Shown in pieces: positions 54,290 through 64,000 of a DNA stretch of 64,000 nucleotides. The DNA is from the human T2T-CHM13v2.0 reference genome, Homo sapiens. The translations under genes and the position numbers were made by a program. Location: the NCBI RefSeq assembly GCF_009914755.1, contig NC_060935.1. One strand, given 5' to 3'. Below the pieces are notes generated by a model that did no database searches, was not told the DNA's origin, and worked only from the letters and a program-made list of their open reading frames with translations. The stretch's first letter is position 1, and every line of letters starts with the position of its first letter.

Positions 54290-54930
54290 AATTAATTTTA
54301 TTTATTCCACAAATATGTATAGTAATAGGTTTCCAGTGTGTGTCAGGCAGATGCAGCTGTGCACAAGACGACACAGTCCCTCCTCCAGGGAGCTTACGGT
54401 GTGGTGAGAGAGAAAGACAGGGCCATAGGCATTTAAAATGGAGCACATAAAGGGCCGAGAGCTGGAACATATCAGGTGCTATGGGAGCATAAAGGAGCAT
54501 TGCCTCACCTACAGTTGGGGGCCCGGGTATTGAAGTTGATGTATGAATGACGAACAGGAGCTCCAACTGCACCATAGCAGCCAGAGAAGCATGGGAGAAT
54601 GTCAGAGGCAGAGGACATGCAGAAGAATATGCACAGGCCTAGCAATGGGAAGAACACGGTTCCTCCAGGCAGCCCGCGTGGTTCAGTGTAGCTGGAGAAA
54701 AGAGAGCAAGAGTGAGGTGTGAGAGACGAAGCAGGAAAGAGGAGCACACCCAGAAATGCTTTGTGAGTCACAGTAAGGAGTTTGGACCTTGTTCTCCAGG
54801 CACAGGGGAGCCATTCAGGGGTTTTAAATGGTCAGATGCAGGTGGCAGTTGGGGGACAGACGATGAGTTTAGTTTTGGACACACTGAGTCAGAGGTCCCC
54901 ATGGACATCCAGGTTGAGGTATGTCAGCAA
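54290..54930 (-). mobile_element. L2 3' region
   Basis: tttattccacaaatatg...cagtccctcctccagggagcttac...gtaaggagtttggacctt...gagtttagttttggacacactgagt. Confidence 0.65.
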
Positions 54931-55325
54931 TTCTTACATTCCCATAAAGTACAGTTTAGGCAACAGGGCACATTTCCCTGTGTTGGTATCATTTTTCTCC
55001 TGTCCCCCCCATCACCTGGAGCTAGGTCTTCAGATCCTCCTTCTTCTTGAGGTATCTAACTTGGAACCCATTTCCGTTTATCTTGGTTGTTCTGATTTTG
55101 TTTCTCCTTCTCTCTAGAAGAGCCCTAGACAAGGGCATTCAGAATTCAGTTGGGTGAATGCTCACCTCTTGGAGGAGGGTCTGAGCCATGGATGATCCCT
55201 CACTCAGGATTTTTGCGGGTGTCCAGTCCCCTTCCCTAGTGTCTACCTGCACAGTTGTGGCCCAGGACCTCCCCGCTCACCAGTGGACTATTGCTCTAGT
55301 GGTAACTGCCTCTCCTTTCTTTCAG

Positions 55326-55412
55326 CGGGTGCCAAAGCCTTTGTCTGTGATCAGTGCGGTGCACAGTTTTCGAAGGAGGATGCCCTGGAGACACACAGGC
55401 AGACCCATACTG
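55326..55412 (+). CDS. ZBTB16: ZBTB16/PLZF coding exon 4: zinc finger 3
   Basis: Translates (A)GAKAFVCDQCGAQFSKEDALETHRQTHT(G). Acceptor ctctcctttctttcAG at 55324-55325, donor CTG|GTGAGT at 55413. 87 nt, phase 1 at both ends. Splices in frame to exon 3 (TCA G|CG GGT = S-A-G). Confidence 0.97.
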
Positions 55413-56044
55413 GTGAGTTGACTTGGATTCCTGTTCTCCAGGTTTTCCACAGTGTTGGTAGCACATGGACATGAACTGTCTGGGTGGCAACCTCTTTTTA
55501 GCAAATGTGACATCCAGTAATTTCCTGGGCGAGCTGTGAGTAGGATGGGCTTCTGCCACGTTCAGCTACTCTTGTCTGTGTGGCTGGCCCAGCAGAAGTT
55601 TACAAGTATGACATGGCCCCATGAGAATGGCTGTCCTAGATTAGGCCAAGATCTGTCTCTAACCAGCCACTGAGAGCTCATGTTCTTGGAGGTATCTAGT
55701 ATGCTCTTGTTGAGGCCTTAGTCTGTGTTGTTATCAAAACATCTTCTTCCCTTGGTCAGGAAATCTCTCACACCCATCTGATGAAACTGAAACCCTCGTG
55801 TGGCCACAGTTGGCTGGTCCTCCCTCTGCGAGAGCTGAGACATTGTCTAAAATCAGCGTGTACGCAGGATGCATTTGAACAATATTAACTCACGATGATA
55901 GAGCTTTATTTGATTTCAAAGGGATTGATTTCACCGCACCAAAGTCATCTGATCATTGTGATCAGAGTCGTTGTCATCACATCATCACAGCAGCTCACAC
56001 TTAACACTCACAGTGAGGCAGGCACTGTTCTCAGTGCTTTATGT

Positions 56045-56579
56045 CAGGGGTCCCCAACCCTGGGATCATGGACTGGTGTCTGTGGTGGTCTGTTAGGAAC
56101 CAGGCTGCATGGCAAGAGGCAAGCGGTGGGCAGGCAAGTGAAACTTCATCTGTATTTACTGCTGTTCCTCATTGCTCGTATTACCACCTGAGCTCCTCCT
56201 CATGTCAGAGCAGCAGCAGCAGCAGCAGCATTAGATTCTCATAGGAGCACAAATCCTATTGTGAACTGTGCATGCAAGGGATCAAGGTTGCATGCTCCTT
56301 ATGAGAATCTAATGCCTGATGATCTGTCACTGTCTCTTGTCAACCCCAGATGGGACCATCTAGTTGCAGGAAAACAAGCTCAGGGCTCCCACTAATTCTA
56401 CATTATGTGAGTTGTATAATTAGTTCATTATATATTATAATGTAATAATAGAAATAAAGTACACAATAAATGTAATGTGCTTAAATCATCCCAGGACCAC
56501 CCTCCTGTACTCCGCTGTATGTGAAAAGGTTGTCTTCCATAAAACTGGTCCCTGGTGCCTAAAAGGTTGGGGACCACTG
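56045..56579 (+). mobile_element. MER1A-like hAT-Charlie DNA transposon, full length, inserted in a MIR
   Basis: TIRs CAGGGGTCCCCAACC...GGTTGGGGACCACTG. 8-bp TSD CTTTATGT (56037-56044) / CTTTACGT (56580-56587). Internal hairpin gcattagattctcataggagca...tgctccttatgagaatctaatgc. Confidence 0.92.
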
Positions 56580-56724
56580 CTTTACGTGATCCCATCTGGC
56601 CAATCTCTCAGTAACCCTGTAAGGTAAGGTTGGAAGCTACTCTTATGTCATAGATGAGGAAACTGAGGCTGAAAGGAGGGAAAGTGACTTGCTGGAGTTG
56701 GTAGTGGGGACAGGCGTGGTAGAG

Positions 56725-56965
56725 TCTTATAGTTCAGAGCTGAGACTGCATGGGTTTAATCCTGACTCTGCCACTTCCTATTTGTGGGGCCATGGATAAA
56801 TTATTTAAACTCTCTTAATTTAGATTTCTCATCTGTTAGAAAAGTGGAGTAATATTAGTGTCTACCTCATAGCATTAGGGTTGTTGTGGGGATGAAATAA
56901 GGTATTTTATTTGAAGTATTTCATGGAGTGTTTGGCTCATAGTAAGCACTCAATAAATAGTAGTA
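56725..56965 (+). mobile_element. MIR
   Basis: gggtttaatcctgactctgccactt...tctacctcatag...catagtaagcactcaataaat. Confidence 0.78.
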
Positions 56966-56979
56966 GGTATATTTAATGT

Positions 56980-57531
56980 AATAGATATTTATTGAGTTTC
57001 TACAAGGTGCTGGCACTGTTTAGGCATTTAAGATGTAGTAATGCATGAGACAGACGACATTGCTGCCTCTCATGGAACTGAGCTTCTAGCTGGGAGACAG
57101 AATCAGCAAATAAATATACGATATCATGTCTGCTTATACATATTAAGTGCTACTGGAAAAGGATAAGGAGTAGAGAATAATAGGGAGAAAAGAAATATTG
57201 TGGATATTTAGGGAGAAATGTTGTGGATAAAATGGTTAGGGAAGGCCTCTCCAAGAAGGTGGTATCTGGGCAGAGTCTTAAAAAGTGAAGGAGTGAGCCA
57301 CTCAAAAATTTCTGGGAAGAATGTCTAAGCAAAGGGAGTGAGCATTTGCAGAAGCCCTGAGGCTGGATCAAGCCTGACAAGTTTAAGGACCCACACGCAG
57401 AGCAGTGGTGGCCAGAGAGCTGGGAGTGACGTGTAGAGAGTGGTGAGGGATGAGGACAGGATCTGTCAAGTCTCTCAGCCCTGGTAAAAGATTTGGGTTT
57501 TACTCTGCATGTGCTGAGTCCTTTGGAGGGT
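56980..57531 (-). mobile_element. L2a 3' region, resuming at about 60242-60335
   Basis: atatttattgag...ggaaggcctctcc...ggtaaaagatttgggttttactct. Continuation reads ggagggttttgactgggagaatgacatgacttgattt. Confidence 0.78.
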
Positions 57532-57902
57532 GACAAAATATTTGCAAATCATATATTTGATGAGGAACTTATAGCTAGAAATAGAAAGAGGTCTTATAAT
57601 TCAAAAAACATAAACAAATAATCAAATTAAATAATGGGCAAAGGTTCTGAACAGACATGTCTCCAAAGATAGACAAATAGCCAATGAGCACATGAAAAAG
57701 ATGCTCAACTGCATTCACCATCAGAGAGATGCAAATCAAAACCACAGTGAGATACTGCTTCACACCCACTACAATGTGGCTACAATAAAAAATACAGATA
57801 GTTACAAGTGTTATCAAAGATGTGGAAAAACCAGAACTCTCATGGGAGTGTAAAATGGTGTAGCCACTTTGGAAAACATTCTGGCAATTCCTCAAGAGGT
57901 TA

Positions 57903-58156
<254 letters not shown>

Positions 58157-58635
58157 TTAAACACAGAATTATCATACGATGCAGCAGTTCTTCTTTTAGG
58201 TATACAGCCAAGAGAAGTGAGAATATATGTTCACACAAGAACCTGTACGTGAATGTTTATAGCAGCATTATTCATAATAGCCAAAAAATGGAAACAACCC
58301 AATGTCTATCAACTGGTGAATGGATAAACAAAGTGTGGTATATTCATACCATGGTATACTATTTGGCCTTAAAAAGGAATGAAGTACTGATACATACTAC
58401 AACACAGATGAACTTGAACATGCTCCATGAAAGAAGCCAGATGCAAAATGATTCTGTTCATGTAAAATATCTAGAATAGGCAAATCTATAGAGACAGAAA
58501 GTAAATTAGTAGGTGCCAGGGGCTGGGGAAGTTGCGAGGAAATTGAGAGCGACTGCCGATGGAGCTGGAGTTTCTTCATGGAGTGATGAAAATGTTCTAA
58601 AATTGATTGTGGTGATGACTGCACAGCTTCGAATA

Positions 58636-58944
58636 CTGAGGCTCCTCGACTTACAATGGGACTGTGTCCTGATAAACCCATCATAAGTAGAAAAGATAAT
58701 AAACTGAAAATGCATTTAATCCAACTAACCTACTGAACATCATAGCTTAGCCTAGCCTACCTTAAATGTGCTCAGAACACTTACATTAGCCAACAGTTGG
58801 GTAAAATCATCTAATATAAAACCTATTTTATAATAAAATTGTTGAAGATCTCATGGAATTTATTATATCCTGTACATGACTTCAAAACTGTGATGGTTTC
58901 CCACAATTATAAACTTGAAAAATCCTAAGTCGGGGACCATTCTG
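58636..58944 (+). mobile_element. MER47A-like Tigger-family DNA transposon
   Basis: gctcctcgacttacaatggg...catcatagcttagcctagcctaccttaa...taagtcggggaccattctg. Confidence 0.88.
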
Positions 58945-59101
58945 TGTATTAGTTGAACTGTACACTTTAAAAGACATGAATTTTATATTAAATGGTATGT
59001 GTATTAGGTCTCTGAAAAGCGGCATGGGTGTGTACATGTATATAAATGAGCTCTGCCAGTGTCAGTAAGAGTCACTGGCATCACTCATGCCACCTCTCTC
59101 T

Positions 59102-59104
<3 letters not shown>

Positions 59105-59141
<37 letters not shown>

Positions 59142-59168
59142 CACACATGTGTATACATACACACACAA
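59105..59168 (+). repeat. (CA)n/(TA)n compound microsatellite
   Basis: Direct read. Confidence 0.9.
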
Positions 59169-59171
59169 ACA

Positions 59172-60134
59172 GAGTGACGTGCCATGTATTAAGCCGTTCT
59201 TGCATTGCTGTAAAGAAATGCATGAGACTGGGTAATTTACAAAGAGGTTTAATTGGCTCACAGTTCTGCAGGCTTTCCAGGAAGCATGATGCTGGCATCT
59301 GCTCAGGCTCTGGGGAGGCCTCAGGAAGCTTACAATCATGGTGGAAGGCAAAGGGGGTGCAGGCATGTCACGTGGCCAGAGCAGGAGCTAGAGAGAGAGA
59401 GTTGGGTGAGGGAGAAGCAGCTGCACACTTTTAAATGACCAGTTATCTAAGAGAACTCACTCATTGTCATGAGAATAGCACCAAGAGGTTGGTGCTAAAC
59501 CATTCAGGAGAAATCCACCCCCATGATCCAATCACCTCCCACCAGGCCTCACCTCCAGCATTGGGGATTACAGTTCAACATGAGATTTGGACAGGACAAA
59601 TATCCAAACTATATTACACCATATAATAATAACATTTTGGTCAACAATGGATTGCATATATGACAGTGGTCTCATAAGATTATAATACCGTATTTTTACT
59701 GTGCCTTTTCTACATTTAGATGTGTTTAGATATGTAAATACTTACCACTGTGTTATAATTGCCTGCAGTGTTTAGTACAGTAGCATGCTGTAAAGGTTTG
59801 AAGTCTAGGAACAATTGGCTGTCCCATATAGCCTAGGTGTGTAGAAGGCCGTACCATCTAGGCTTATGTAAGTGTGCTCTAGGATGTAGCCTAGAAGCTA
59901 CCCACTAGGAAGTGGAGAGCTGGAACTTGACCCAACTCACGTGCTCTTTCCACGACTCCCCAGCTGCCTGCACATTGACTGAGTGTTGTCCGTGGGCTAA
60001 AAGGCTCAGGATCATTTAGCTCACTGCCTTGTCATGGGCAGGGCTCTTTTGGCTCGCTGTGCCCTATTTAAGACAAAATTGTCTAATGAAACATTTCTCA
60101 GAACATATCCTTATCACTAAGTGACATTTGACTA
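59172..60134 (+). mobile_element. Tigger3a-like element split by an MST LTR and a ~180-bp non-Tigger insert
   Basis: ggtcaacaatggattgcatatatgacagtggtctcataagattataataccg...catttctcagaacatatcc...gacatttgacta. Confidence 0.85.
59185..59616 (-). mobile_element. MSTA-like MaLR solo LTR
   Basis: tgtattaagccgttcttgcattgct...tgagatttgg...atccaaactatatta. Flanks TGCCA / CACCA fit a CGCCA TSD decayed at the CpG. Confidence 0.9.
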
Positions 60135-60338
60135 TACACACATGCATGCACGCACATATACACACACACGCATACGTAGCTTTACTGAGATATAATACAT
60201 ATACACACACAGATGTGCATTTATAGGGAAGGGGGAAAAGTAGTCCATTGGAGGGTTTTGACTGGGAGAATGACATGACTTGATTTATGTGTTTAAAAGA
60301 TTATTCTGGCTCTTGTGTTGCGGACTGACCATAGAGAG

Positions 60339-60832
60339 TGTTGTCATGTAACAAACCACTCCAATAGTAGCTTAAAACAATAAAGTGTTATTGTCTCTGA
60401 CAGTTCTTTGGATAACTGGGCTCAGCTGGGTGGTTTTCACTTGGGGTCTCATGTGGTTTCCATCAGGTAATGGCTGGAGCTGGTGTCATCTGAAGACTCG
60501 ACTGGGCTGGATGTCCAAGATGGCTCCTTCACTCAATTATCTGAGTCTCAGTGTTCCTTTGCATGGCTTCTCTCTTCAGCAGAGTAACCTGGACTTGCTG
60601 TGTGACAGCTCAGGTTTCCAGGAGTCAGGACACAGGAACTGCCAGCCCTCTTAAAAGCTAGGCTGGAAGTACACAGCATTACTTCTACCATATTTCATCA
60701 ATCAGATAGTCACAGGTCAGCCCCAGATAGAAGGCGGTGGAAGGCTGGACTCTCCTTCTCAGTAGGGAAGTGACAGAAACCTATAGGGAAGGAGGAATTG
60801 ATGGCAGTCATCTTTGGAAACAAGCTACCACA
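60339..60832 (-). mobile_element. MLT1 (H-like) MaLR LTR
   Basis: gtaacaaaccactcc...gcttaaaacaa...ggctggatgtccaagatggc...catctttgg...ctaccaca. Confidence 0.75.
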
Positions 60833-63800
60833 GGGGACTAAAGTGGAAGAAGGAAGAACACCAGTCAGCTGCTGTTAAGATTATTGTCATCAGTATTTCA
60901 GCGTTCTTGTCCTTGCCTTTTCTGAGTGGAAAACATGCCTCCTGACTGGCATCTTGAGCTTTGGTCTGGAGGGGCCTTGCCCTGTCATGATGGGAGGGGA
61001 GCTTTACAGGTGAGCTGTCATTCCAGTCAGCATCTCCCTAGCTCAGTTATAGAGAAAGTGACCTGGCTAGGTTATTTTGCCCAGGGTTCCAGAGGTGGTT
61101 GTCATGAAAGCAAGGGGAGAACCGGGTCTCCCAGGGTCCCAGCCATTTTCTTATTGCTAGACCGCATGTAACTGAGAATCCCACTCTGAGAGTTCTAATC
61201 TGGGGGAATGAGCTGTGAGCCAGCTTTGCCAAGCAGCTTAATTCTGTCCATCCAGATTAAATTTGCAGCAGCAGGGAGCCAGCTGCCCTCTCAGCCAGGG
61301 GCAGGGGAGTAAGCTGAGTCCCCGAGGGATGAGCAGCTGTGGAGGCTGTTCCTAGGCGGACCCCAGACATATGGAGCACCCCCTGTGTGCCTGGCACCTG
61401 CTGGGGATATGATGGTGACCAACTCAGGCACATGCCCTGTTCTTGAAATAAGCTGAAGGTCTGAATGTGGTGGTCTGGGCCTTTTGTTTTTTCCCCAGAG
61501 ATCTTGTGGATGGGGCTCCTCAGCTGGAGGAGGGAGAGGTCAGCTACCGAGTGCCCCCTGCTGATGTTGAGGTAAAATGTGGCTTGCTCAATAGGCCACA
61601 TGTGGTGTGCTCAATAAAGATTGAGTAAACTGAGCTCTTGAAAGGATGGGGAATGGAGAAAATGAATCCAAATTAGGGGTGAGAGACCAAGGTGGATGCT
61701 TTGAGAAGGGCTCCCTGCCAGCCTTAGTGTGAGCTGTGGGCGAGCTCCCCCAGCAGGGAAGAGCCACTTCCTTGTGTGGGGCAGGTGTCGTGCTCAGTGC
61801 CGAGGGGAGATACAACAGCAGTTTTACCCTCAGGATAGGGCTGGCAAAGAGGGGTCCTGTGTGACCATGGTGACTCTTTCCGACATGTGGCAGAGCTCAT
61901 TCATCACTCACAGCGCTACTTCCTGCTGAACTCAGGTGGATTTTTAGTTCCCCTAATAATCAATGAGAGAATACAGTCTGAAATCTATTTGCCCTCTCTG
62001 TTCCAGGAAAGGGGTCCCAGGAGGAAGGGAGTTGCCTGATGACAGGGAGCGCTGAAAATGTCACTAAAGCTATTGGAGTGGGAAAAGCCAGGTGGGAGAC
62101 CAGGTACCGTTGGGAAGCCAACGGGAGAGTAGGTAGGGAAGAGCTCTGAAAAAGAGAAGGAATGGAGACCCTGGGACAGTAAAAATACTGCCAGTGCCAC
62201 TTGATATTTTTGCTACCTTAGTTTATAAAACAATTTCCTTGATTACACCCATTTAACAGATGAGACCATGGAGGCCTAGACACTACCCACTAGGAAGTAG
62301 AGAACTGGAACTTGACCCAACTCCAACTCAAGTGTTCTTTCTACTACTCCCTGGCTGCCTCCGCACTGACTGAGTGTTGTCCAGTAGTCTGTAGGCTGAT
62401 TGGTTCCGGGTGATCCTGTTTAGAGGTCATTGAGTTCATGGCCCTGCCTGGGAAGAGCTCTTTTGGAACCCTGTGCTCCATTGCACTAAGAAGCCGCAAC
62501 ACCCTGATGTGTACATCCTCCTCCTGGAGTAGGATACAGTTTGCCTGAATCAGATCAGTTTCATATCCAAGGCTGCCATGTGGGAGTTCATGGAGCTCAC
62601 GTGTGGCTTTGCATAGGGCAGGTGGTTATGGTGTTGTACAGGTATTCTTGAAACTGGAAAATGAATTTAATGGAAACTATTTCCAATTCCAGCCTATCCA
62701 AGAGAATGGCATGTTCACATCTCACCCTTTTGACCCTATTTGACCTGGATTTCTGTCCTGGTGTGTGTGACCCCTCCTTGCCCCCTGCCCTCAAGATCTT
62801 GACGGGCTCAAGCTGGTGTTCTAGGAGGCCACGCTTATGGTTGGGCTGGGCTCAGGCTTTGTTGTCACATTCAGTTTTCTGTTTTGGTACAACGAAGGCT
62901 TTGAGGAGATAAACAGAGATCATTTTACACCTTTTATATTATGACAAATACATATTGCAAAACACTGCTGCTTCCAAAATGTTTGGGTTGCAGAGCAGTG
63001 AGGAATTAACAGCTAGGCAGTTCCCGAGATGCTTGTACTTCATTTACACATCAGAATTTTTTTTACACTGTTCAGTAAAATAAAAGTGAGAAAACACACA
63101 TACGTGCACGTGCACACCCCCATGCACACCCAGTGCACCACCTGGCTTCTATATCAGGAATGTCTTAAATTAGTAAGTAGTTCTTTAAGTCCAGATAAAC
63201 TGATAAATACCATTAATGGCTTAATTTATTCTCTGGGTTTGAAATTTGACACACGGACACTATCTTGGCTCAGGAAACACAAGTGGTTTTGTGCCAGAGG
63301 TTTTAATGACCGATCAGTAATATAAATTGCTGCATCACTGAGCAGAAATAGCTTCTCCATGTCATTTGATCTGGAAACTTCTCTGGCCAGGCAGCAGTTA
63401 ATAAATTTAAAAATAATTACCCTCTTTATTCAAAGTCAAACTAATTAGGAGTGGGTTTTACAAATCATAATGTTGTTCAAGCCACTGTACATCCCCATTT
63501 GGGACTTGAACAGGCCTGGGGGCAACAGACAGGATCCGGTGGTGTTAATTAGAGGGCAGCGAGATAACTTGGCTGCTGAGCTCCAGGGTAGGAGGCCGGG
63601 CAGTCTTCAGCATGCCCTCGGGAGAAAATGGGAGGTCTGAGCAAAGAGGCCATGAGGGTGACCTGTAGGAACCTTCAACTCTTTCAGTCCATCTGTAGGG
63701 GACCCAGAGCAGCCACCTATTGGTAATGTGAACATGGGGGAGTTGGGGCCAGGGCTGGTCTGTGTGGGCCTGGCCAGAGAGACTGAGGGAGTCAGGGAGC

Positions 63801-64000
63801 AGGAAAGGGGGATGGGCAAATGACTGCCTGGGGACAAGAGACCTGCCTGAAGGCAGGGAAGTGGATGGGATGATCTCTAGAGGACATTACTTCCTAGGAA
63901 AGTTTGAGCCCTAACAGAGTGGTGCAGGTTTGTCATGCAGATTGCAGGGAAGAGGAACCCCATGAAGCCTAAAGTCAGAGTGTCAAGTGCAGGGTATTTG

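Noticed and set aside
56228-56315. Long hairpin resembling a pre-miRNA
   Set aside because: It is the internal palindrome typical of MER1 elements, and the sequence alone gives no evidence of processing.
57532-57900. L1 ORF2 C-terminal coding remnant
   Set aside because: Short, degenerate and interrupted. Reported only as a mobile-element fragment.

Overview
Human (primate) genomic DNA from inside ZBTB16 (PLZF, chr11q23), gene on the + strand. The only coding sequence I can support is two small C2H2 zinc-finger exons: exon 3 (24708-24805, 98 nt) and exon 4 (55326-55412, 87 nt). Exon numbering is from recall of the gene. The rest is intron: the end of intron 2, all of the 30.5-kb intron 3 (the usual PLZF-RARA breakpoint intron) and the start of intron 4. 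It is filled with Alu, L1, L2, MIR, MaLR LTR and DNA-transposon remnants plus microsatellites. The other ORF-track entries look like noise. I found no new gene or RNA system. The most interesting signals are: (1) a ~1.03-kb inversion, revealed by one Alu split into two oppositely oriented halves with its target-site duplication and host MIR still traceable; (2) a set of glucocorticoid/androgen-response palindromes confined to intron 3, including a dense cluster at ~47.7-47.95 kb; (3) a ~180-bp copy of nearby sequence patched into a Tigger3a element; (4) a candidate UG-repeat (TDP-43-type) poison exon in intron 2. Repeat subfamily names are from memory of consensus sequences. Boundaries of old repeats are approximate.
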